Below, one piece after another: positions 37,783 through 47,187 of a stretch of DNA of 64,000 nt. The DNA is from a bacterium. GTDB lineage: Bacteria; JADJOY01. Where the stretch lies: positions 1 to 64,000 of the forward strand of contig JAXLQJ010000028.1 of the NCBI GenBank assembly GCA_046331705.1. The letters run 5' to 3'. How positions within the stretch are numbered: position 1 is the stretch's first letter; each line of letters opens with the position of its first letter. Both the position numbers and the translations under genes were made by a program. The notes under the pieces are model-generated. The model had not been told where the DNA came from and ran no database searches. It saw only the letters and a list, made by a program, of their open reading frames with translations.

Positions 37783-39881
37783 AGATCCCGATCAAACCGC
37801 TGCGCTCACTGTTCGCCGACGACAACCGCAGCCCCAAGCTCTTCCGCTCCCGGTGGGCGATCTGGACCTACGCCTTCGTCATCTGTTTCGTGATCAGCGC
37901 GGTCAGCGGCTACGTGGTGTGGGCTTGGCCGGAGCTCGACCTCGACTACTACTTCCTCCTCAAGGCCCACGTGGGCATCGGCAACGCGGGACTGATCCTG
38001 CTCTGCCTCCTGAGCGCGGTGCACCTGAACGCTCTCTACGGCAAGCAAGCGCGCAACCTGGTGCTCATCACGTTCCTGTTCTTCTTCGGCATGACCCTGA
38101 CCGATTTCGGGCCCGCCGAGCGCTTCTTCGTGCCACTCGCGATCCTGCTCTTCGGCACCGTCCGCTACCTGCTGCCGGCCCGGAAGACGCGCGCCAGCGC
38201 GCTGTGGGTGGGCGTGGCGGCTTTCTGCGTGCTCACGGTGCTCTACGGCACCGGCTGGTCGATCGCCGGCTGGTCGAGGCAGCAACGGTCGAACATGGCC
38301 GCCCACGTCCACGACGTGCTCGGCTGGTTCGCGCCGCCGCTGGTGCTCTTCCATCTGTTCTGGGGCTTCCCGTTCCGCGAGGAGCCGCGTACCAAGCGGG
38401 CGCTGCTCGGGCTGGCGGTGGCGATGGTGGCGGTCTTGGGAGGGGCCTCGCTCAACCCCGGGCGATTCCTTCGACAAGCCGTGGAGACCGCGCGCGAGGA
38501 GGGGATACCCACCCACGCGCGCACCGACGAGAGCACCTGCGGCACCGCGCTCTGCCATTCGGAGATCTTCAAGCAATGGCAGACCTCGGCGCACCGGTTC
38601 TCGGCGACGAACGTGCCCTACGTGCGGGTGGCGGAGCTGATCGAGTCCGAGCGCGGCGCCGCCGCGCGCGCCAGCTGCCGCGGCTGCCACGAGCCGGGTG
38701 TGCCGCTCTCGCCGCTTCGCACCGGCCACGATCCACACCAGATCGATCCGGCGCAGCTCGAGCCCGGCATCACCTGCCGCGGCTGCCACTTGATCGATCA
38801 CGTGAAGGAGCCCGCCTGGAACGGCGAGTACACGTTCGCGCGCGAGACGCTCTACCTACCGGGACAGGATCTCGCGAACTCGCACGTGCTCGGCGCCTAT
38901 CTCGACTTCCTGCCGCTCGAGGCCCGCGACCACCGCGCCAACTTCGCGCGACCCGTCCAGCGCGAGCCGAAGTTCTGCGAGACCTGCCATCGCATCGAGA
39001 TCCCGGCGGAGTCGAACGGGGCGCAGTCGTTCGTGTTCGACGGCCCGGCTCCGTCGTGGGCGCAATCCGGCTACGCCGCGACCGGCGTGCGCTGCAATCA
39101 CTGTCACCTGCAGCTCTTCAAGTTCCCCGATCCCGATTCCTCGGAGCGCGACTACCACGCGCGCCCCGACCACCGGTTCTTCGGCCTGAACGCGTTCCTG
39201 GGCGACACCGTGCCGCGCGGCGACGTCATCCCCGCGCGCTGGGACCTGTTCCGCGACGCGACCCGCGACTGGCTGAATGGTCGGCTGGAGGTCAGCCGTT
39301 TCGAGCAGACCTTTCTCTTCTACACCGGCGACGCCCGCTCCAAGGCGTACCGCGTGTTCTCCGGCAAGCCCATCCTCGATCTGCGTTACGGCGGGAGGCG
39401 CGAGGGCGACACCGCGATCCTCACCGTGCGCACCACCAATCAGCGCATCGGCCACCGCTTCCCGGTCTCGCTGGTCGACGTGAGCGAGATCTGGCTGGAA
39501 GTGACGGCCACCGATCCCGACGGTCGCGTGCTCTTCGCGTCGGGGGCTCTCGACTCCGCGGGTCGGGTGCCGGAGGACGCGCGCCGGCTGGGTGCGCGGA
39601 TCGTGGACAAGGACGGCCGGGAGGTCCAGTTCCACCGCATCTGGGTCGCCGCCGGCATGCAGGACGAGCGCTTCGTCTATCCCGGCCAGCGGATCGAGGA
39701 CGAGTTCCGCATCCCGCTCGAGGGTCCGATCGGCTGGCTGAAGGTGACGGCGCGCTGGCACTACCGCCGCTACAAGCCCGAGTTCAGCGAATGGGTGTGG
39801 GGCGAGGGGAACCGAGCCCCCGACCTCGTGATCGCCGAGGCGACGAGCGAGGTGCCGGTGCCCCTCGAGCGCACCGATTGA
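37779..39881 (+). CDS. Membrane-anchored pentaheme c-type cytochrome with cytochrome-b-like TM domain
   Basis: ATGA overlap at 37779; TM His pairs H-x17-H and H-x13-H; CGTALCH, CRGCH, CRGCH, CETCH, CNHCH; GHRFP...IWLEV...ASG...WHYRR. Confidence 0.85.
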   Translation: MKIPIKPLRSLFADDNRSPKLFRSRWAIWTYAFVICFVISAVSGYVVWAWPELDLDYYFLLKAHVGIGNAGLILLCLLSAVHLNALYGKQARNLVLITFLFFFGMTLTDFGPAERFFVPLAILLFGTVRYLLPARKTRASALWVGVAAFCVLTVLYGTGWSIAGWSRQQRSNMAAHVHDVLGWFAPPLVLFHLFWGFPFREEPRTKRALLGLAVAMVAVLGGASLNPGRFLRQAVETAREEGIPTHARTDESTCGTALCHSEIFKQWQTSAHRFSATNVPYVRVAELIESERGAAARASCRGCHEPGVPLSPLRTGHDPHQIDPAQLEPGITCRGCHLIDHVKEPAWNGEYTFARETLYLPGQDLANSHVLGAYLDFLPLEARDHRANFARPVQREPKFCETCHRIEIPAESNGAQSFVFDGPAPSWAQSGYAATGVRCNHCHLQLFKFPDPDSSERDYHARPDHRFFGLNAFLGDTVPRGDVIPARWDLFRDATRDWLNGRLEVSRFEQTFLFYTGDARSKAYRVFSGKPILDLRYGGRREGDTAILTVRTTNQRIGHRFPVSLVDVSEIWLEVTATDPDGRVLFASGALDSAGRVPEDARRLGARIVDKDGREVQFHRIWVAAGMQDERFVYPGQRIEDEFRIPLEGPIGWLKVTARWHYRRYKPEFSEWVWGEGNRAPDLVIAEATSEVPVPLERTD

Positions 39882-39899
39882 GCGCCGCGCCCAGCGGGC

Positions 39900-40358
39900 T
39901 CAGCCCGCGTCGACCTTGACCTCGCGCCCGGCGAGCTCGCTTCCGGGGGTCAGGCAGAGCAGCCGCACGCGGCCGGTCGCGACGACCTGGTTCGACTCGT
40001 TCCGAATCACCGCCTCCCAGAGCTGGGAGCGGCGTCCGCGGGTGATCGGGGTCGCGATCACCGACAGGCGACCGTCGCGGGTCGCGCGCACGAAGCTCGT
40101 GTGGTTCTCGAGCCCGACCACCGAGAGCCCCTCGCCGAAGACGCTCATCGCCGCACCGATCGAGCACACGGTCTCGATCACGCTGCAGTGGACGCCGCCG
40201 TGCACGATGCCGTAGGGCTGGTGATGGCGCGCATCCACCTGCCACTCGCCGACGACGCGTTCGCCGCTCACCTCGGTGAGGTGGAGACCGAGGTGTCGGT
40301 TCCAGGCACCGGTCTCCATCCACGAATCGTGGGAATCCTGGGGCGATCGAGCGTCCAT
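39900..40358 (-). CDS. PaaI-family (hotdog fold) thioesterase
   Basis: HHQPYGIVHGGVHCSVIET, VVGLENHTSFVRA, GRRSQLWE. Start ATG 40358 with GGAG RBS. Confidence 0.85.
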   Translation of the reverse strand: MDARSPQDSHDSWMETGAWNRHLGLHLTEVSGERVVGEWQVDARHHQPYGIVHGGVHCSVIETVCSIGAAMSVFGEGLSVVGLENHTSFVRATRDGRLSVIATPITRGRRSQLWEAVIRNESNQVVATGRVRLLCLTPGSELAGREVKVDAG

Positions 40359-40429
40359 CGTGCTCCTCCGGCGTGCTAGGGTCGCGAGCGAGGCGCTAGT
40401 GTAGCCCGCCACCGATACGCGAGAACCCC

Positions 40430-41815
40430 GTGCCGAACGACCTGCTGAACGAGAGCGCCGCCCGCGCGAAGCGAGCTGGCGCCGGATTCGACCGCGCTCG
40501 TGGAGTCGCCCGCGCGATGCTCGCGATGGTGCTCGCCGCGACGCTCCACGCGCCGAGCGTGCGCGCCGCCAGCGCGACGCCACGGCCGCTCGAGATCGTC
40601 GTGGCGCGCGACGGCGAAACGAGCGTCGAGACGGTGCTCGTGCCTGCCGCCTCCACGACGCCGACGACGGTGGTGATCCCGATCGCCGGTGCGCTCGCGC
40701 CGGACCAGGTCCGACTCTCCGCGCCGGAGGCGGTCGTCCACCTGGATGCGTACACCGCGCCGCGGCTGGTCCGCTACAACGACGGCAACCCGTGCTCGCC
40801 ACCGGTGGACTTCCAGTTCCGCGTGGCGCCGCCGCCCCCGTTTCGCAACGGCGCCGCGGTCGCGAGCGCGGCGATCGCGCGCAGCGCAGGCGCTGCGGAG
40901 GTGGGCACCCCAGCGCCCGCGAGCGCCTTTCATGTGGTCCGGCTCGGCGCGCACGGCGACCTCGAGCGCTGGCTCGCCAGCGAAGGCCGAACGACCCCGG
41001 CGCGTGAGCGCGCTCGACTCGAGCGACTGGCGGCGCGGGGCGGCAGCCTGGTCGTGCTCGCCCCGGCCTCCGGCACGGCCTCCGCGCCCACCCCCGGCCC
41101 GGCCGTTCGTGCGGTGACCGTCACGCACGGCAGCCGCGAGCTCTGGCTGCCGCTTCGACTGGCCGCGACCTCGAGCGAGGTGGACCCCGACGCCGAGCAG
41201 CTCCTGCTTCACGTGCTGACGCGCACCGGGCGTGCCGAGATCGCGGGGCGCGCGAGCGCCGTGGTCGCATCCGGTTCGTCGCTGCCCGCCTTCGTTCAGC
41301 GCGACTACGAGCAGTTCTATGCGGCGGCGTTCCGACACGCATCGAGCCGCGGTGAGCGTGGTGCCGCGTGGCTCGAGTACGCGGGGGATACGGGCTACTG
41401 CGATCCCTGCGTGGCCGATCCACTGCCGGTCGACGAGCTACGCGCGCTGGGCGCCGCTTGGGCCGAGCTTCCGCGCGGCGATTCCGGGGGACACACCGAT
41501 GTCGCGCCTGAGCAGCACCGCGGCGGGGCTCGAAACGTGTTCCTTTCGCGGTTCCGGATCGCGCTCGGCTCCGAGCGCGACGGCGAGCCGATGGTGATCG
41601 GCGAGAGCTCGGCGCAGCGCGGCGCACAAGTGCGCTTCGTGGTGCGCTATCCGTACGCGGGCCCGACGACCTGCGCCGCCGCCGGGGCCTACCGCGAGAA
41701 GCTGGCTCGCCGCGACGCGGACGAGCGCCGCGCGCTCGCGGCGCTCACGGGCTGGAGCGAGGCGGAGATCGAGCGGGTCGCCGCGGAGCCCGCGCCGCCG
41801 GTCGCGCCGCGTTGA
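40430..41815 (+). CDS. DUF2330-like exported protein
   Basis: Signal-like N-terminus; LDAYTAPRLVRYNDGNPC and EYAGDTGYCDPC motifs typical of DUF2330. Confidence 0.65.
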   Translation: MPNDLLNESAARAKRAGAGFDRARGVARAMLAMVLAATLHAPSVRAASATPRPLEIVVARDGETSVETVLVPAASTTPTTVVIPIAGALAPDQVRLSAPEAVVHLDAYTAPRLVRYNDGNPCSPPVDFQFRVAPPPPFRNGAAVASAAIARSAGAAEVGTPAPASAFHVVRLGAHGDLERWLASEGRTTPARERARLERLAARGGSLVVLAPASGTASAPTPGPAVRAVTVTHGSRELWLPLRLAATSSEVDPDAEQLLLHVLTRTGRAEIAGRASAVVASGSSLPAFVQRDYEQFYAAAFRHASSRGERGAAWLEYAGDTGYCDPCVADPLPVDELRALGAAWAELPRGDSGGHTDVAPEQHRGGARNVFLSRFRIALGSERDGEPMVIGESSAQRGAQVRFVVRYPYAGPTTCAAAGAYREKLARRDADERRALAALTGWSEAEIERVAAEPAPPVAPR

Positions 41816-41855
41816 AGGAGCGCGGCGCGCGGGCGCTCGACCTCGAAAGAAAGGC

Positions 41856-43376
41856 TCAGCCGACGGCGTGCGACGCGCGGCGCCGGCGCGTGAGCGCCAG
41901 CGCCAGCACCGCGAGCGGCGCCGCGAGCACCCCCAGCTCGACGTTCGCGACCTGGCCGCGCTCGTCGAACGCAACGGCGATGGCGCCGCAACCGGACGTC
42001 GAGCCGTAGACGGCCACCGAGCCCGCGCGCAGCGCGCCGGACACGGCGAGATTCGGCGTCCCCACGACCAGGTCGCCGAGGCCATCGGCGTTGATGTCGC
42101 CGAGCCCCGCCACCGCCCAGCCCACGAGGTCGCCGCGATTCACGCCGTCGTAGCGTTGCAGCACCTGCCCGGTCCCCGAATAAACGTACGCCGTACCACC
42201 GTTGTAGACACCGCCCGGGTTCGAGTTCGGAGCGCCGATCAGCACGTCGGCCTTGCCGTCGCGGTTGACGTCGCCGACCCACGAGGCCGTGTTGCCCAGG
42301 TACGTGTACTCCTCGGGAGCCACCACCCGCAGCAGCTGGCTGTAGTCGGCGCCGGAGAAGATGTAGAAGCCGCCGTACGTCTTCCACGAATAGAACTTGT
42401 TCGGGTCGCCGGCGTGCAGCACGGTCGCGCCCACCGCCAGATCCGGGAAACCGTCGCCGTTCACGTCCCCCACGCCGGCGACGGACCAGCCCGTGTAGTC
42501 GAGGTAGTGCACGCCCTCCCACTTCTTGAGGATCGTCCCGTCCTTGCCGGAGAAGAGCCACGCGCCGCCCGCGTTGTACTCGTTGCGTGGATCCCAGTGC
42601 GGCACGCCGACGATGATGTCGGGGTAGGTGTCCTTGTTCACGTCCATGGCGGCGGCCACCGAGATGCCCAGGTTGTCGCTGGGATTGAAGGTGTCCTCGC
42701 CGTCGAAGCGGAAGAGCTGGCTACCGTCGACGCCCGACAGCACGAAGACCGAGCCCGCGTCGGGACGACCGCCGGGGTCCATGTAGGGCGCGGTGACGGC
42801 CACGTCGGCGAAGCCGTCCTTGTTCACGTCGCCCAGGCCCGCCACGGCCCAGCCGTAGAGATCGCCCTCGTTGACGCCGTGCTTCTGCCACAGGAGCGCG
42901 CCGTCCTTGCCCGAGTACACGTAGGCCGCGCCCACGCGATTGATCGCGCCGAGCCACTCGTCGCGCGCGCCGACGAGGATGTCCGCGTAGCCGTCGCCGT
43001 TCACGTCGCCGGCGCCCGCCACGGAATAGCCGTAATGGTCGCCCGCATGCGCACCGTCGAGCTGGCGAAGCAACGCGCCGTTCTTCCCCGAATACACGTA
43101 CACGCTGCCCGCGTCCTCACGGCCGCCCGGATCCTGCCACGGCGCGCCGACGAGCACGTCGGGTGTGCCGTCCTTGTTCACGTCGCCGGCCGCGGCGACG
43201 GCGCCTCCGAAGTAGTCGTACTCGGTGGTGCCGTTCCACTGGAACTTCGGCGCGGCCGCTGCCGCCGCGTGGGTGCGCGCGGCGATCAGACCGGGCACCA
43301 GCGCGGCGATCGCCAGCCCACCTGCCGCCAACGCGATCCGGCTGCTTCCCATCCCTCGCGTCCTGCGTCCGCTCAT
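41856..43376 (-). CDS. FG-GAP (integrin-alpha-like) repeat protein with C-terminal Cys-TM-Arg tail
   Basis: About 7 repeats of G(D)VNxDGxxDxxVGAP; signal peptide; tail SGCG...LAVLALALTRRRR; ATG 43376 overlaps the upstream stop. Confidence 0.85.
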   Translation of the reverse strand: MSGRRTRGMGSSRIALAAGGLAIAALVPGLIAARTHAAAAAAPKFQWNGTTEYDYFGGAVAAAGDVNKDGTPDVLVGAPWQDPGGREDAGSVYVYSGKNGALLRQLDGAHAGDHYGYSVAGAGDVNGDGYADILVGARDEWLGAINRVGAAYVYSGKDGALLWQKHGVNEGDLYGWAVAGLGDVNKDGFADVAVTAPYMDPGGRPDAGSVFVLSGVDGSQLFRFDGEDTFNPSDNLGISVAAAMDVNKDTYPDIIVGVPHWDPRNEYNAGGAWLFSGKDGTILKKWEGVHYLDYTGWSVAGVGDVNGDGFPDLAVGATVLHAGDPNKFYSWKTYGGFYIFSGADYSQLLRVVAPEEYTYLGNTASWVGDVNRDGKADVLIGAPNSNPGGVYNGGTAYVYSGTGQVLQRYDGVNRGDLVGWAVAGLGDINADGLGDLVVGTPNLAVSGALRAGSVAVYGSTSGCGAIAVAFDERGQVANVELGVLAAPLAVLALALTRRRRASHAVG

Positions 43377-45403
43377 GGCTTCACCCACGTCGTCGTCGCC
43401 ATCACCGCCGGCGTCGCCATGCCGGTGTTCAGCCACGCATCCAGCAAGTTGATGCCGACGTTGGCGAGGAACGGATCCGTACGGTTGTTCGCGAAGCTCA
43501 CGAACTGGATGTATTCCCAGCTCGTGGGCTGGTAGTAGAGCGTGATCGTCGCCGTGGTCGCCGCGGGCGGCGGGTTGAGCGGCACGGTGTCCCAGTACTG
43601 ATACGCCCCGCCTGGCCCGGGGTTGCCGAACTGCGTCTCGGGCACCGGCAGTGCGTTGCGCTCGCGCGCCATGTCGTAGCTCATGCCGTAGGGCGGGATG
43701 CGGTTGTCGTGGGCGACCGTGTTGTTGAGCGCGAAATGGAAGGTCATGTAGCTGGTGCCCGGCGCCTGGTGGGCGAGATCGCCGAGCGTGTAGTTGGGCT
43801 GACCGCTGTTGCGATCGAAGCTCAGCACCAGCGACGGCGAGTAACCCATGCCGAGGAGCTGGCTCGCCCACTCCTGCGACATCGCCATCTGGATCTCGTA
43901 GATGCGGGTGTTGGTGCCCGAGAGATCCAGCAGCGTCTGCACCTGCACGTTCTGGCCGCCGATCACGGCGGTGATCGCGCCGTACTGACCGTCCTCGCGC
44001 AGCAGCGTTCCGCCGCCGTCGTACCACTTCATGTTGAGCCACATGCGGCGGCCTTCGGGATAGCCGGAGATGAGCTTGTGACCCGTGAGGTTGATGACGC
44101 GCAGCGTGTTGGTGTTGTTGTCCACGGCGAGCGCCGCGGCGTTCGACAGATTGGCGTAGACGCGCGTCTTGCCGTCGTTGAGCGCGTCCAGCTCCTCCTG
44201 GCCGAGCTCGTTGGCGCCGATCCGCAGCGTGCCCTTGGTCTTCATGTACTGGATGGCGTCCGGCACCCAGTAGTTGCCGCCGGTGAGGTCGTGGCGCGGC
44301 ATGTCCGTGTGCGGCGTGTGTCCCGGCAGCACGCAACCCGGAGTCACCAGCGGACGCATGTGGCAGGTCTGGCAGGTGTAGAAGCGCGGCTGGCCGTCGG
44401 CGTAGTCACCGCCGGACTGATCGTACGCGCGCTTGATGGCGCCTTGCTTCAGCTCGGCAGGCAACGTCGGATAGTCGAGCACACGCAGGTTGGCGAGCGC
44501 GCCGGACTTCCACTCCGAGAAGGTGCGCTCGACGATCCCGTACTGGTGCGGGAAGGTCTTGAACGCGGCCTTGGTCTCGACCGGCGCCCCGGGCACGCCG
44601 CTGAACGAGCCTGGGGGAAGCGGGATCTGCGCGCCGTTGTTGTGGGCCAGATCGCCGACCATGGGGTTCGAGACGTCGTGGCACGTGCCGCACATCTCGG
44701 CTTGACGGTGGTACTTGGACTTCTGGGCGCCATGCGCGCAGTCGGGCGGAGTGTAGGGGCCGAGTCGATTGAACGATGCGGCGAGCACCATCTGCGCCGC
44801 GCCGTAGTAGCCCTCGGGAGGATTGCCGCCGTCGTTGGCGATGAACGGCGGGTTCTGGATGCCCTCGATCTCCGACCCGTCCGGGTTGGTGAGCTTGTGG
44901 CAGATGTCACACTCGACGCCGAAGCCATCGTCGACGTCAGTCAGACCTTGGCCGTTGGTGGGGATGGCGCGGTTCTCGGCCCAGCCGGCCCCGGTGTGGC
45001 AGCGCATGCAGACGTTCCCGTAGCCCGGGAAGTCCTGCTCGGCGATCGCGAGCTGCCCCCAGAAGATCGGGTCGCGGCCCGAGTGCATCATCATGCTCCC
45101 GAGCGCCAGGTGGTACGGCTCGGTGGTCTTGTCCCAACCGCCGTGACAGCCCTTGCAGAGCCCAACCGGCTCGGTGGTGAAGCTCGGGAAGATCTCGCCT
45201 TGTTGCGTGCCAGGCATCTGCACGTCGGTGGGCACCACGGTATTCGCCGCGCGATTGGTGGCCGAGCCGCCGTTCGAGAACGCCGCCGCCAGGCCGACCG
45301 CGATCAACACCGTCGCCGCGATTCGGCCGCGCGTGGCGAGCGGCGCGAGCCGCCAGCGTCGCTGCCGTCCGGCGCCGTTCGTGGATTCATCCGCCATCGT
45401 CAC
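43373..45403 (-). CDS. Secreted pentaheme c-type cytochrome (no polytopic TM domain)
   Basis: Signal peptide; CKGCH, CMRCH, CDICH, CGTCH, CQTCH; TFSEWK, HDLTGGN, GHKLISGYPEGRRMWL. Confidence 0.85.
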   Translation of the reverse strand: MTMADESTNGAGRQRRWRLAPLATRGRIAATVLIAVGLAAAFSNGGSATNRAANTVVPTDVQMPGTQQGEIFPSFTTEPVGLCKGCHGGWDKTTEPYHLALGSMMMHSGRDPIFWGQLAIAEQDFPGYGNVCMRCHTGAGWAENRAIPTNGQGLTDVDDGFGVECDICHKLTNPDGSEIEGIQNPPFIANDGGNPPEGYYGAAQMVLAASFNRLGPYTPPDCAHGAQKSKYHRQAEMCGTCHDVSNPMVGDLAHNNGAQIPLPPGSFSGVPGAPVETKAAFKTFPHQYGIVERTFSEWKSGALANLRVLDYPTLPAELKQGAIKRAYDQSGGDYADGQPRFYTCQTCHMRPLVTPGCVLPGHTPHTDMPRHDLTGGNYWVPDAIQYMKTKGTLRIGANELGQEELDALNDGKTRVYANLSNAAALAVDNNTNTLRVINLTGHKLISGYPEGRRMWLNMKWYDGGGTLLREDGQYGAITAVIGGQNVQVQTLLDLSGTNTRIYEIQMAMSQEWASQLLGMGYSPSLVLSFDRNSGQPNYTLGDLAHQAPGTSYMTFHFALNNTVAHDNRIPPYGMSYDMARERNALPVPETQFGNPGPGGAYQYWDTVPLNPPPAATTATITLYYQPTSWEYIQFVSFANNRTDPFLANVGINLLDAWLNTGMATPAVMATTTWVKP

Positions 45404-45648
45404 ATCCTCTCCGGCGTACGCTCACCCGAGCGTGGCTGCCGCGAGCCGCGCGTGCGCTCTCGGGGCCTGCCGCAATGCGATTTAGAACGACGTTCGAGGT
45501 TCCCACGTTCGCTAGTTCGCGTGCAACCGGCTCCCTCGGCGGCCGAGCGTCGGCGGGGTTGTTCCCGGCTCCGCGCCACCTGTAGGCTCGAAGGATGCGC
45601 GCGCGGCGACTCGGGCGCGCGAGACGTTCACCCGCGCGGGAGGGATGC

Positions 45649-47187
45649 ATGGTGTCGTGTGAGAAAGGTCTCCATTGGGCTCGTGTGATCTCGATCACCG
45701 CGTTGCTCGCGACGGGCACCGCCTCGCTTCCCGCCGGTGCGACGGTGATCACGGTCGACTCGCCCGCCGACGATCTCGGGCTCGGGCCCAACGGGAACTG
45801 CACGCTGCGTGAGGCACTGCGCGCCGCGAACACCAACGCGCCTGTCGACGGGTGCCCAGCGGGAACGGTCGGCGTGGTGGCGACCGATACCATCACCCTC
45901 CCCGCCGGCACGTACGTTCTCACCGCGGCAGGGCGATACGAGGATCAAGGGCTCACGGGCGACCTCGACGTGTTCGACAAGGTCCAGATCGCTGGCGCCG
46001 GCCAGGCGAGCACCGTGGTGGACGCGGCGGGAATCGATCGCGTCTTCCACCTGCGCGGCACCACGGTCGGCCTCTCGAACCTCACGCTGCGCGGCGGATC
46101 GGCGGTGGAGCACGGCCCCGAAGCTGGCGAGGAGCAGGCGCCGATGGGCGGCGGCCTCTTCGTGGAGTTCAACGCCGCCGTGACGCTCACCGACGTCACC
46201 ATCCAGGACAACGCGGCGCTCGATGGCGGCGGCATCCAGAACCTGGGCGGCACCATCGACGTGGTGCGCTGCACGATCACCGAGAACCTGGCGGAGCTCG
46301 ACCTCACGTTCACGGACTTCGAGAGCGGCTTCAGCGCGGGGATCGGCAACGACGGCCCCACGGCGGTGGTGCACGTCTCGGACTCGACGATCAGCGCGAA
46401 CACGGCGCGGCTCGGTGGTGGCGGGGTCAGCAACGCATTCTTCGGCCTGGGCGGATCGATGACGATCGCCGGCTCGACGATCCACGGGAACCTGGCGCTC
46501 GGCGCCGCCGCGAGCGGTTTCCCGTGGCCTCCCACGGGGGGCGCCGCAGGCGTGCTCAACGACGGACCGATGACGATCACGAACTCCACCATCAGCGGAA
46601 ACGTCGCCAATCCGTTCACCGTGCCGAGCTCCGGCGGCGGCATCATCACGGGCGGCGACACGACCGCGGCGGTGTTCACGATGACCAACTCGACGGTCAC
46701 CGGGAATCAGTCGTCGAGCGCGACCGCGCTCTTGGTGAACACCGGCACGGTGTCGCTCGCCAACAGCCTGCTGCAGGGCAGCTGCGGCTTTCTGGGCGCA
46801 ACCACCATGACGAGCTTGGGCGGCAACCTGGAGAGCCCCGGGAACGGCTGCCGCCTCACGCTCGCCTCGGACATCGTGAACGTCGCCGATCCGAAGCTCG
46901 GGCCGCTGGCCGCCAATGGCGGGCCCACCCCGACGCACGCGCTCCTCACCGGCAGCCCCGGGCTCGACAAGGCGCTCGCCGCGAATTGCCCCGCCACGGA
47001 CCAGCGCGGCACGGTTCGCCCCCAGCCCACCGCCGGCAAGTGCGACATCGGCGCTTACGAGAAGACGTCCACCGGCTGCGGCACGGGCAGCCCCGCGCTG
47101 GCGTTCTTTCCAGTGGCGTTGGTTCTCTCGAACCGGGCGCGATCGCGTCGCACGCGCGACGCATCCGTGGATCAGCGCGCGAGCTGA
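45649..47187 (+). CDS. CSLREA-domain / beta-helix surface protein with choice-of-anchor-Q-like end and Cys-TM-Arg tail
   Basis: GNCTLREA, Gly-rich TIxxN repeats, LGPLAANGGPTPTHALLTGSP...DQRG...CDIGAYE, tail TGCG...LVLSNRARSRR. Confidence 0.8.
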   Translation: MVSCEKGLHWARVISITALLATGTASLPAGATVITVDSPADDLGLGPNGNCTLREALRAANTNAPVDGCPAGTVGVVATDTITLPAGTYVLTAAGRYEDQGLTGDLDVFDKVQIAGAGQASTVVDAAGIDRVFHLRGTTVGLSNLTLRGGSAVEHGPEAGEEQAPMGGGLFVEFNAAVTLTDVTIQDNAALDGGGIQNLGGTIDVVRCTITENLAELDLTFTDFESGFSAGIGNDGPTAVVHVSDSTISANTARLGGGGVSNAFFGLGGSMTIAGSTIHGNLALGAAASGFPWPPTGGAAGVLNDGPMTITNSTISGNVANPFTVPSSGGGIITGGDTTAAVFTMTNSTVTGNQSSSATALLVNTGTVSLANSLLQGSCGFLGATTMTSLGGNLESPGNGCRLTLASDIVNVADPKLGPLAANGGPTPTHALLTGSPGLDKALAANCPATDQRGTVRPQPTAGKCDIGAYEKTSTGCGTGSPALAFFPVALVLSNRARSRRTRDASVDQRAS

